From: Utricularia gibba
Lineage: Eukaryota > Plantae > Magnoliophyta
Direction: 5' to 3'
DNA length: 64,000 bases
NCBI GenBank assembly: GCA_002189035.1
Contig: CM007989.1
Location: 6,882,001-6,946,000, forward strand
Positions 24,645 through 36,347 of the stretch are shown in pieces (position 1 is the first letter of the stretch; every line of letters begins with the position of its first letter). The notes under the pieces were generated by a model that did not search any database, was not told the origin of the DNA, and worked only from the letters and a program-made list of their open reading frames with translations. Position numbers and translations under genes: made by a program.

Positions 24645-27437
24645 ATGGCGGCAGAAGTGGCTACTTCATTTTTGCTCCAGAATCTTAAGGAGGTGTTGAT
24701 TCGCCACATCAAACTGAACGCCGACGCCAGGAATGAGCTAGAATTGTTGCAGAAAGATCTTGAAAGCATGAAAAAGTATCTTCAAACAGCTGCGGAGAAG
24801 AAGTCGGGACCAGAATTCAGGGATTGCGAGATTGAGATCCTTGAGGTTGTGTATGACGCAGAGGATTTGGTCGATTCATTTGTGACTCAGGAATTCATGG
24901 CTCAAAGCAGCGCATTCAGACTGAACCCAGCAAAAATTGATTTAGTAAGTAAGATGAAGGAATTTCGGAAAACAAAGCTTGAGCCTGCTTTCCGGAGGGC
25001 CAATCCCCGGCTCGCTGAACTCTCCACGGCCAATGAGTCTAGCGTCCGAACCAAGGCTGCCAGACAAGTAAGAATCCTTTACTTGCTTGCTTTGGTAGAT
25101 TTTGTGTGCTGGGTCTGATCTGCATAACGTATCCTGCACCAATTTGAAATCTGTCACCCTTATAGAGTTGGATTGAAATAAAAGTTGCGAGTATTGTATG
25201 TCCAGGTTAATCCTCTGGTTGAAAAGACCGTGGTGGGCATGGAAGATGAAGTAGAACGATTTGTTAAGGATCTTCTTGATAACAGTTCTGAAGTGGAGGC
25301 TGTTTGCATCGTAGGTATGGCTGGCCTTGGGAAGACGACGATAGCATCGAAGATTTACCGTGATCCAAGAATTGATCATCACTTCCCAACTCGAATATGG
25401 GTTAATGTTTCGGAAGACTACAAGAAAAGAGATATTTATCTCACCATTATCAGCAACTTCACTAAAGACGGCATGTCAGGCAAGGGAGATTCTGATTTAG
25501 CGCATATAGCACAAAAACACTTGTGCCAAGTGAAGTTCATGCTGGTCATGGATGATGTATGGACAGCCCAAGCATGGAACGAGATCAAGGAGGCACTGCC
25601 TATTCATCAAGGGTCAGGTAAAGTACTGGTAACTAGTCGATACGACATAGTGGCTGCACGTGCGAATCCTCGTAAACCAATTATCCAACTCCGATTTCTC
25701 ACCCAAAAAGAAAGCTGGAGGCTTTTGCAGGTGTCAGTTTATGAGAAGGAAGGTGTTTGGCCTGACGATTCAAAGGTGATTGGTCAAAAAATATGTGAAA
25801 AGTGTGGTGGATTACCACTTGCAATAGTGGTCATTGGTGGCATTTTGTTGGATAAAATCCAACCAGAAGACACCAGAGTGGAAGAATGGAAGAAAGTATT
25901 TTACAACGCAGAAAACCTTTTGTTGAAAGGTGACCAAGGTGTCCTGGTAACTAGTGTGAAGGATATTATAGGGCTAAGTTATGACATGATGCCCTACTAT
26001 CTGAGACACTGCTTCTTGTACATGGGTGCGTGCCCCAAGGACTTTGAGATTTCTACATGGAAATTGGTACGTTTATGGGTAGCGGAAGGTTTTATAGAGA
26101 AAGATAATTCATCGCTGACTTTGGAGCAACTTGCAGAGGAAAATCTGAAAGAATTGATAAGAAGGAACTTGGTGATGGTGGGTAGGAAGAATTCTCGTGG
26201 TGATGTCAAGACATGTCGTGTACACGACATGATTCGTGAATTTTGCAAAACTCAAGCATCCAACTTCTTGAAGGTGATGTCAAAGTTGGTTCAGACAGGA
26301 CGTTTTCACCCTGAAATTTCAGAGATATCGAAGTTTCGTCGGATTTGTGTTCATTCACATGTCTTGGACCTCCTTAAAGAAAAAGTGGATGGCGCTCGCG
26401 TTCGCTCCTTCATATCCTTCTCAAAACATGAAGCTGCTGCTGAACCTACTACCTTAAAAGCTATTGTGGAAGCCTTTAAGTTGCTGAGGGTGTTTGAGGG
26501 GAGCTCGATCAGCTTTCCAAAATTCCTCCCTAACATTTGCCAACTTATCCATTTGAGGTACATCGCCTTAGCTACTGGAGAAAACTTCAAGGCTCTTACT
26601 TCGGCAGTTGAGAAACTCTGGAATCTGCAGACCATCGTGATAGAAACCTCTCAGCGTACATTTGAAATTAGAGCGGACATATCCCAGATGACTCAACTAA
26701 GGCACCTAAAGACCAAAGCAGCTATCAGATTCAAGAAGGAGACGCGTATTTTAGGCAGTGCACGTGGTGCAGAAAATGGGAATCTTCAAACACTTACTAG
26801 ATTATCTACTGACAGTTGCACAATGGAAACGCTGAGCAAGACCCCAAACCTCCAAAAGTTGGGTATTTATGGAGACATAGCCTCACTTGGGAAGGTAAGG
26901 TGCTTGGATAAATTGAATTATCTGAAAAGCTTGAAGATGATCAGTTCGCCCTCCGACACGCTGATACCTAAACTTCTTGATGAAACGCACTTCCCACCAA
27001 AGCTGGAGATATTGACTTTATCAGCAACAAATTTAGAATGGCACTATATGAGTACACTCGGACATCTGAAGTTGCTGAAGGTTCTCAAACTCAACGATTA
27101 TGCTTTCGGCGGAGATGGAGATGGACATGGAGATGAATGGAAAGTGAATCGAGGTGAATTCAAATGTCTCAAGTACCTTGAAATTGAACGGTCTGACCTC
27201 TTATCCTGGACTATAGAAGAAGGCTCCCTTGCAGAACTGAGAGTTGTGTGTCTGCATAATTGTAAAAGACTCCTTCGTGTTCCAGAAGACCTCACAAGGC
27301 GCCTCAAAACTTTGGAAATGGGAAACGTATCAACGAATGCTGTTCTTTCTGCCAAGAAGATTGAAAAGGAAAAATCTGGAGATGCAAAGCTCAACCTCAT
27401 ACTTGCTCCTGGAACATATGTGCCTGGATGCGATTAA
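24645..27437 (+). CDS. CC-NB-ARC-LRR immune receptor, 884 aa, resembling the NRC helper clade; exons 24645-25067 and 25206-27437
   Basis: CC domain with EDLVD (EDVID-like), P-loop GMAGLGKTT, kinase-2 MLVMDDVW, GLPLA, RNBS-D CFLYMG, MHD-type CRVHD and LRRs. A phase-0 GT-AG intron separates CC and NB-ARC. The C-terminus NAVLSAKKIEKEK...KLNLILAP resembles NRC C-termini. Confidence 0.9.
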
Positions 27438-27479
27438 GCATCTTGAGAAAGAGTTTCTCAAGTCGATCAAAACGACCAC

Positions 27480-28810
27480 TTGTTGCATGTTCGCTCCTTT
27501 CGTCCTGCATGGTGTTGATGGGTTGTTTTTCTTGTTATGACGTGTGCATTTTCTAGTTGCAATGGTCAAGACATCTTGCATGGAGTTCCTTAGCTCAAGT
27601 TGGACAGAACATGAGCCAGGGATGTCGGATGTGGATGAAATGAACTCCCTGCATTAGGGTGTGAACTTTTTTCTGAAGCCATGGATGTTGTTGGATATGT
27701 GTGAAATAATGCAGCGGCCAGTGCGATCTATGAGAGCCAGGTGCTTGTGAACTTTTCAATGTGCGAAATAAGCAGTGTATGTTTCTTTCTTCACATGTGT
27801 AGTCCCATCTATTCGTCAACATAATGTTGATCAACAATATCAACATCACCAAGATGACGGTTGATAAAAGTTCCCTCAATGGTGTCTGCTTGCTGAGGCA
27901 CTAGCTAGCCCACTAAATGTACTACCTGCTTCATCAAAAGTTCGAGAACTAGGACCAAGTGATTCATATGATGCCAACTCATTGCTCGCAGGCTGCTCGA
28001 GCAATAGATCTCTTTCCTTGTGCATGACATGGGATTGCTCAGAAATATTTATCTTTTCAAAGGATACAGTAATATCTACATCAACCCCAACATTTGATGT
28101 GAACTTTTCTTCATCCGATGCTGCTTGATCATGGCACTTGTGGCAGTACCTCCCTATGTTGAGGCCAGCTGCTTGCTATTTTCTGGAACATCACTTCTAC
28201 TGCGGACAGAACCTAAAGGATGCATGATACTAAGGAATTCTGGGATTCTTACTCTTTGTATTTGAAGCTGTATTCCAATAATGGTGACCTCGAGGCACCT
28301 CTTGTATTTACAGCTGTGGCATCATCATGTCAAAGTCTTTTTAGAAAATTTTCTTGCCACGGTCAAGATGATGAGGAGGAATAAGATGTTTTGAAGGAAC
28401 AGGCGATCAGCCGTCTGGGTTCCCACCCACACAGGCTTATCAGCTTGTGAGCCTATAATTGAATCAAATAAAAAACATCTTAGAAGGAAGCAACAAAAGA
28501 AGAACAGGAATGCATGGATTACACAAGAGTATATGCAGAAATCATCATGGAATTCCCAGTTCCTAAGAAAATTTCACTCTTGATGCCTGATTCATTGAGT
28601 AGGAAATTGGAATTGGCCAGCAATCGATCAACCTCTGGTCCTCTAGAAACCAGCAAATGCTCAAATGCAGACGTCACCACAATAGGGAGACCATCTCAAT
28701 GATCCATGTAACCATCCATGAGAGCTAAGGCTGGAGTTGGTGGGCATTGTACCAGACCTTCAGCACACAGCAGTTTCCTTCCCATCCAAGGGCAGCTAAC
28801 TGTATGTCCT
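27480..28810 (-). pseudogene. ILP1: C3HC zinc-finger NIPA/ILP1-like pseudogene (5' end missing, multiple stops and frameshifts)
   Basis: Reads SCPWMG..EGLVQCPPTPALALMDGYMDH*DGLPIVVTSAFEHLLVSRGPEVDRLLA, then LISLCGWEPR and SRSPLLEYS. These match the family motifs LVQFPPTP..ALIGGYKDRCDGL, AQKLISLCGWEPR and SRSPLLDCS as recalled. Confidence 0.7.
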
Positions 28811-28996
28811 TCATCCAGTCTCCTCCCCTTCTAAATTATCGGTTTCTTTCATTTTCAAGGGAAAAAATGTACATTATTGGAATGTAAATAAGTTTGTTTG
28901 AATCTGACAAACACACCAACTCTTAACGTTATGACACACTTAACAAACAATCTGCACTCTTGGTTTCGGACGAAATTGCATAAAACGCACCTTGCT

Positions 28997-31247
28997 TCAC
29001 TCGTCGTCATCGCTCCCGTACTCTTGGCAAAGTGACAGAAGCCCATTGTTTGATGGATTCCTGGGCTCGGCGTCATTGTGTTTGTGTGCAGCAGCTTCCT
29101 TGCCTGGGTTACTCCCATTACCAGCAGCTGCTTTTTTCACTATGGAGACTCTCACAGCCGGAGATGCGAATATGAATTTTCCCTTAGCAGAGGATTTATC
29201 ACCTGGGCCATTTTTGTCTACAGAAAAGAGGAGAGAATTTATACTTATTACAAGAAATCTGACTCGTCAAAAAAAGAAGCAGGATACGAAGGCTGGTGGT
29301 ACAAGTTATCTGTATAAGATCACAATTGGGGAACCAACCCGTAAGTTTGTGGCCTTCAGTAACACTGCTTTCGGTCATTTCATCTGTTGGGCAGGGGGCT
29401 TGTTCATCAAGCACCTTTTTTCTCTGGATAGATGTAAGATCACTAGTAAGATTCAACCTGATGCACAGGAGTTCTCACTCTCTGTTTCTGGAGTGGTTGA
29501 TCGGACGAAAAAGAATGTCAAAAAAGGCATTGCGAGAATTTAGATGGCTTGCACCTTTGAAGGGGGGTCAGCCATTCCGCTAGATCCGACAGAGAAGAAT
29601 TCCAGATCATCGTTGTCATCATCAATATCTTCATCGTTAATCCTTCGCAATACGATATCCTCCTTTTTCCCCTGAAATGATGATGCCCCAATGTGACAAT
29701 TCCACAATGACTAAAGAGAACGCAAAAAGGATGGAATGCATAAATGTGAGAGATGCAAGAAAATGAAAGGCAATCATTACCGTAAAAACCGATGCAATAA
29801 GTGCTTCATCCTCCTCTTCGATCTTCCTCTCCTGAACAATGCAAATAAAGTGAAAAAAGTTACAAAAGTAGCTTAGGAACAGACACATAAGACTAGGTGG
29901 GATTATACATATCTAAAGTGGTAATCAGAAAGACGACGAAAAAATAATATCAATACCACCTTCTGAGCCTGTGAGCGCTTTAGAGCTTCCAGCAAATCAT
30001 CAGTGCTCACCATGGCTTGCCTCGACTGGAAAACCAAGACAGCAAAGTCAAAATCAAGTTAACATGAAAATTTTTGTACACATGAATAAAGTGCTTGACA
30101 ACTGGACACCTTCATAGATTTCATCTCATCCAAAGCGGCGAGTATATCTATTTCCCTCTTGGAATCCAAAGTTCTATTCTCCAATGCTTTCATTGCATCT
30201 CCCATCTCTTCAGCATCCCTCTCTTTTTTCAGTTTGTCTATTTCCTGATCATGAGAAATTAAAAAAATAGGTGAAATAGGTGAAGAACAATAAATACATC
30301 AATGCTGGAAAGAGAAAGAGAATGTTCGAGTTCATAAGAGAATACAGACGGGAAATGAAATTAATTAAAAAAACTTTCACCTCATCCTCATTACGCCAAG
30401 GCTCAAAATTTCTTGTGGCCCCAGACTCAACAATATAATCAGAGTTCTGAGGATCCGTCTTGAAAGTTACTTCCGCAGAACATTTGGTGCACTTCAAATA
30501 AAACCTGAAAATTTGGATTCCCAGATAGGTCTGAGATGAAAAAAACAATGATGCATAGTTAGTAAAGAATAAAGAATAAAGAATGCGTTTTGAAACCAAA
30601 GTAATAGAAATCATCTGAGAAATTGTAAATTGAACCAGTTCCACGAATGCGTATAGAGATAAGGTCACACACACAAAAGCGCCAAACAACGGACCCTTCA
30701 TTATAACATCCAAGTCAATAAACCTTACTAAGCACTAAAACAACCAGCTCAACGAATAAAAATCATAGCACAATCAAAGACGGAAAACAGAAAACAGGAT
30801 GCTGCAGTCTCAGAAATATGGAAGGGGTTTAATTCACATATTAAGATTTTGAAGCCCCATAACGAAACTTCCAAAATTAAAAAAAGCAGAAGATGATGCG
30901 CGGAGTAAAATTTCATGTCTGAAGCATCACAGACTGCACATCAACATACGAGAAAAGCATAAAAACGTCGCACGTATGAGAAAAAAAAAAGTCCATTAAA
31001 CTACCAAGATCATGAATCGGAAGACAATACTACAATGGTAAAAACAAACCTCCCCTATGACATCTTCTTTGCGGGAATTGAACTTGGTCCCTTTGTAAAT
31101 GTAATTACCACACGTTTCGCAGCGAATGCTCATGGGAAGCATCATCCTCACTTTCATCTGCTGATTCTTGGGCTGCCTCCGCCGCGGAATCTTAGCCGGA
31201 TCGAAGTCCGGCGGGTAATACTTGTTGAGAACCTTCCTTTCTCCCAT
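28997..31247 (-). CDS. YJU2: Splicing factor YJU2/CWC16 (CCDC94, DUF572); exons 31247-31050, 30530-30381, 30244-30110, 30025-29960, 29831-29781, 29671-29555, 29423-29339, 29217-28997
   Basis: [17 protein letters not shown]...[23 protein letters not shown]; [23 protein letters not shown]; acidic end [15 protein letters not shown]. Confidence 0.93.
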
Positions 31248-31380
31248 CTTCTCTTGCTGAAAATTTCCTCAAACACAACTGATTACACAAGCAGCGTTGA
31301 AGCAGAATTCCCGGTGCCTTCGACCGTGATTCCGACCAAAACCTAGATGGAAATCGGATTAGGCAATGGCATCCCCAGGC

Positions 31381-31453
31381 ATTTATATAATATATAAATA
31401 TAAATATAAATAAATAAATAAATAAATAAATAAATATATATATATATATATAT
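31381..31453. repeat. Compound (ATAAAT/TAAA)n-(TA)n microsatellite just upstream of YJU2
   Basis: Directly visible. Confidence 0.9.
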
Positions 31454-32959
31454 AGGATTAATCCAGTTAGCAGTTTTAGTTAATATTCTCGTTTTTTTAT
31501 ATGTAACAAAAAATATATATATTAAAAATATTATTAATTCATAATTCTCAATAAAATGTGGGAATAAATTTTTTTAACAACCTAGTGCAATCTAATTCAA
31601 TGACATAATATCCAATTTTTTATATAAAATTATTTATGACTTTTCTATTTTAATTTACCATTTTACAATTATAGTTTAGTATTCATTTAGTGAATGACTA
31701 ATAATTATATATTACATTATATTCACTTCATAGATTTAAATAAAATTGAATTAAAATAATTTTATTTAATCTCACATATTAGTGTTTATTTAAATCCATA
31801 TATATTTTACCTACTGATAAAAATTTAATCTATTTATTACCTTTATTTAAATTCAAATAAATTATTTTTTATTATAATCCCATAAATCAAACACATACCT
31901 CCTATATTCAAGCGTTATTGTTGTAATTTTAGATTTCATGGAGATTGATCACAACTCTCACCCCCTAATTAGTTTTTGGTACATGCAAAAGTTTGCAATA
32001 AAATCATGCAATTTTACCATACCATATAATTCATGGTGTGTAGGCTTTTTCCAAGTTTAGTGGAGTACCATAGCCCACAAAGCCAAGTGCCCAGTTAACC
32101 TAAACCCACATTAGAGCCCAAGCAACATCAAAAGATTACATTATAGCATATACAATAAGAATGATAATAATATTATGTTTCAGTTCTAAAATAATTTCAA
32201 AATACATGATGATTACATGGTAATTGAGGATTAATCATATAATTCCATTCAAATCTCTGCTTGAACAGACACTTATTGGGATGCTATTTATCATGTGCTC
32301 ATTTGGTAGGATTTAAAAAGTTACTTGGTGTTAAATAACATATGTTAATTCTTAGTTTAATGGTAATTGATGGTCCATACTATACATAAATTATCTTGCC
32401 ATTGAAAAAAATTATCTTGATAACTTTTTCATTTATTCTTTGATTTGTAGCAAAATGTAAAACCATGTTTTAGATAAGTTTAATAAATACAATAATGTGA
32501 ATAAACATTCCTATATCTACAACTATTTACTTTCTTTCTTTTTATCAACAAATTCATTATTCATATCCATATTTTATAAAAGTTTCTCAAATTTTGATGG
32601 TAAAATAAAAATATCTTTTCAAAAAATCATAATCTGAAAAAAAGTGTATTTTTAATTATTTTAAAATTACATAAATATTCAAATTTTTAATAAGGCTATA
32701 TATAAATGTAATTATAAAATTATATATCATAAATAATTTTTATTTAAATAATATATTCTACCAAACTCATTGATATTTCTTTAAATAACTCTAAATCATC
32801 AATCTTAATGTTATTTAACCTACGTTTGAAAAAATCAATTCCATCTTATATTCTTGTAAAATTGAAATGATTTTCAAAATTTAATTCTCGTGAAATAAAA
32901 TTTGATACACTTTCAAACTTGACTTAGTATCCAACTTAACTAAAATGCTGTATTCTGTG

Positions 32960-33330
32960 TGTGCAGAATTGGCACCCGGTTTACTGTGGCGGTTTTCACG
33001 AGTTGCAATTGGATTTGAACCACGTTTCAGGTGTCCTTCAGGCTGTCAATTAAATTAAAACAAAACATGTGATGATAATGGGGTCTCCATCTCAGGGTCA
33101 AATCTTCTGTACCAGGGGGCCCCCACGGCATCCCGTACGACGGAGCCGCCATCCACGTCAGCATGCCCACAGTATGTGAACTGTCTTGGTTGAGTTTGAC
33201 CAATGGCGGCCGGCCCCCATTTGTCAACCTGCCTACGCCCCTTCCTACTTGGATTGACTTCTCAGTTTGGTTAACAGTAAATCCATCTCTGACTAACCAC
33301 AAAACAACCACCACCGACACCATCTATATT
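32960..33330. promoter_or_regulatory. GC-richer island with clustered W-box, ACGT and DRE cores; candidate distal enhancer of NCED
   Basis: W-boxes at 33096-33101 (minus), 33196-33201 and 33254-33259; CCACGT at 33020 and 33153; ACCGAC at 33313, within AT-rich flanks. Confidence 0.4.
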
Positions 33331-35889
33331 ACATTGAACAATACCATATCCGGAAATAAAAAATTAAATATAATAGATTATAGATTACTAATAATGATTT
33401 ATGTCTAATTTTTTTTAATATGATTCATGTTTATGTTTACTGTATATTTAGATTTCATTGTTTTTTTTTACTTATCGAATCCTTAGTTTTCAACATGATA
33501 TTAGAGTATTTGTTTGAATAGCTAAAATGAGTTTCATGTTAGTCCGATTTATGTTTAAAAATAAATGAATAAATGCATTAGATTTGATTATAAATATTAA
33601 ATCGATTTATGACTTGATTATTATCTACAATTACAAAAAAAACAAGTTTTAATTTGTTCAATTTGAAGTTAATTATTAAAATATACTATCTATATCAAAA
33701 AATACAAGTGAAATAATTAAATTTACTTTTTACTCGCTCTGATTTAAGATAGAAGTCCACCATATCAATGAGAAAAGAAAACAAATTGCTAATAATATCA
33801 AATTTCTTCCTTGAACATCTGGAAAAAAAAACGAAGATATATTCAACTCAACGTTTTGATGCGTGAGGGTACAACATACCTTGTGCGAACAAGAAATGTA
33901 TTATCGTATGGGAATCTTTGACCCGGGAGCCCCGGTTTGAACGCCATGAAAGCTTTCAAAACAAGAAAACGGACCAACGCTACACACTCACAAACTCTCA
34001 ATTCCAATACGGAACTTCACCTTGGATCATTCAATACTGAATTAAATGCAACACTGAAATAGTTCACTCTCCCCCGCACTGCAAGAACATCATCGCCCTC
34101 CTCCCTTGCGCCATGAGCTTGCTTGGCACATCTTCACTCATCCGCAGAAGCGTCTTCCATCATCCTTGGATCGGATCCTTAGTGAAAATGCGCATCGTTG
34201 CGGATGCCGCCGGAGTCGAGACGAGAATAGAAGCCGGAGTTGCAAAATGGTGCTACTCCTCCGGCCACAAGTTGCAGCATCATACAATAATGTTCCCATG
34301 TTCGAGTGATTATCTTTGACCCCAAACTCCGGTTTGACATTTTGGACCGGTTCACCGACACAGTAAAGAGTGTACGTTCAAGCAATACTTTTAGTTGAGA
34401 GGATGTGATTGGCTCATGTTGCAGTGTCCGACTTGGACACGGGGACACTTAATGCCGCACTCACTCACTCTCCCTCCCTGCGTATTGACCCCATCCCAGG
34501 TATGGCTGGTGGGGTGAATTTGAAAAGTATCAATCTTATTGTTACTGCGTGTGAAAAGTAATCATACTAAATGTAAAATTTTGATTTCACTGTGTAATAG
34601 AGAATGTCATGATGGTTATTTTTCAAAACTGAACCTTGTTGGTGGCATGCATCTTGCACCATTATTATTCCAAGGATGTGTTTGAAACACTTTTTGTTTT
34701 GAAAATCTATTCTAAAAACAGTAATGTTTAATGTTTTTATAAAATCATAGAGATCCCATTTATGTTTTATTAAGAACTTTTCTTGAAAATTAATTTTTCA
34801 AGAAGTTGAATCAAATAACTTGTTTGGAAAATCTTTTTTTTTAAAAAAATCACTTCATAAGCAATTTTATTATCAAACACGAATGAATTGTGTTTTTAAA
34901 GATTTATAAGCGATTTTTATGTTTTATAAGCAGTTTTTGAGAATCAATTCTCAAAAAGTAATTCCCAGATATATTTAGATTTTCAATGTCACAAAAATAA
35001 AAAGCAAAATTGTATGTTGCATTACAAATATAAATGCCATTTATTTGACCGATTAATCGACTAAATCTAAAATACCCAATTTTAAACCACTTGTTAACCT
35101 TCTCTTCTAGAGCCATGAATGAATGATATTAAATGCAATGGTAATTTCCTAACATATGTTTTATTAAATTTACTTTTCAAAAATATTTTTCAATAAGTAG
35201 AATCTTCTAGAAATCTATTTGAAATAATTGATATTTTTGAAAAAAAAACTTTAAAATCAATTTTATTATCAAATATGAATTATATTCCATAAGTAGTATA
35301 AATTTAAAAGTATTTATATTTTACTAGAAAACATTTTTTATAAATAGAATTAAATACAATATAAGAAGAAGAATACATTATTTGCATGTATATTTGAGAT
35401 TTTTAATTTCACAAGACTTAAAAAAAATGTCTAATTTTTAATGTAGTTTTTATTCTTAGAAATAAAAATTAGAAGTAGAATTTTTTTAAAAAATAAAAAT
35501 AAAAATGAAATATTTTGAAAAAATTACATAAATAGATATTTTTTGAAATCTGATGTCAAAAATAGAAATAACTATTTTCTTATTTCTATTTATATCTTAT
35601 TTTTAACTATATCCAAAAATTATTTTTATCAAAAACAAAAATAGAAATAAGAAGTATTTTTTGTAAAATTACTTTTGATAAAACCAACATACAAACATTT
35701 TCCACAACACAAAAACAAAAGTAAAAACAACATCCACATTTTCCACAGCACACCATAAATCTGAAATACTTGATTTTAAAGGACCGGTGAACCTGGGTCT
35801 AGATCAATGAATGGATGATATTAAATGTAATGGTAATTAAATATTAAAATAATCTCCACCAATCAGCACACAGCGCAGTGAAAATTTGC

Positions 35890-36347
35890 ACGAGATCTCC
35901 CCACGTTTATCTCAGGCATATTTGTCGTGGCGTTCACAAGATCACGAAAAGAATCCCTCATTTAGGCATGCGACTTATTTGCTTGCATAGCCCCCCTCCT
36001 CCCCTGCCCTTTTATAATATAAATAATAAATAAATAAATATCTAATTACTGATATGCCCCTCACTGGATCTCCTTCCACATGGGACACGTTCGTAAATTA
36101 CATGGAGTAAAATTAAATCCCGATTTACGAAATAAAAATGAAGTGTTTAGGGAGATAATCTCTCTCTAATTAAATGATTATCAAGGGAAAGAAAGTCATG
36201 GCAATGGCTTGCCTTCCAAGTCATTAGTCAGAGGAGGGGTTTTTTCTTAATTTTAATTATTTTAATGGAAAAAAATACGGGGAAATAAATCACTCTTCCT
36301 ATAAATACGCCTGGTCTGGGAACACTGAACGATCACTCAGAGTCGCC
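35890..36347 (+). promoter_or_regulatory. NCED proximal promoter with TATA box TATAAATA at 36300-36307 and ACGT (ABRE-like) cores near 35901 and 36085
   Basis: Motifs are read directly; the TATA box lies ~45 bp before the ATG. Confidence 0.65.

Noticed and set aside
29339-29555. Apparent frameshift/stop in the YJU2 C-terminal part
   Set aside because: Resolved by using the donor at 29554 and the acceptor CTATCCAG before 29423, which gives PSK|RKKV in frame; the gene looks intact.
34160-34169. CCAAGGATGA (minus strand) matching the miR169 core
   Set aside because: Only 10 nt match, the flanks diverge from mature miR169, and no hairpin partner was seen.
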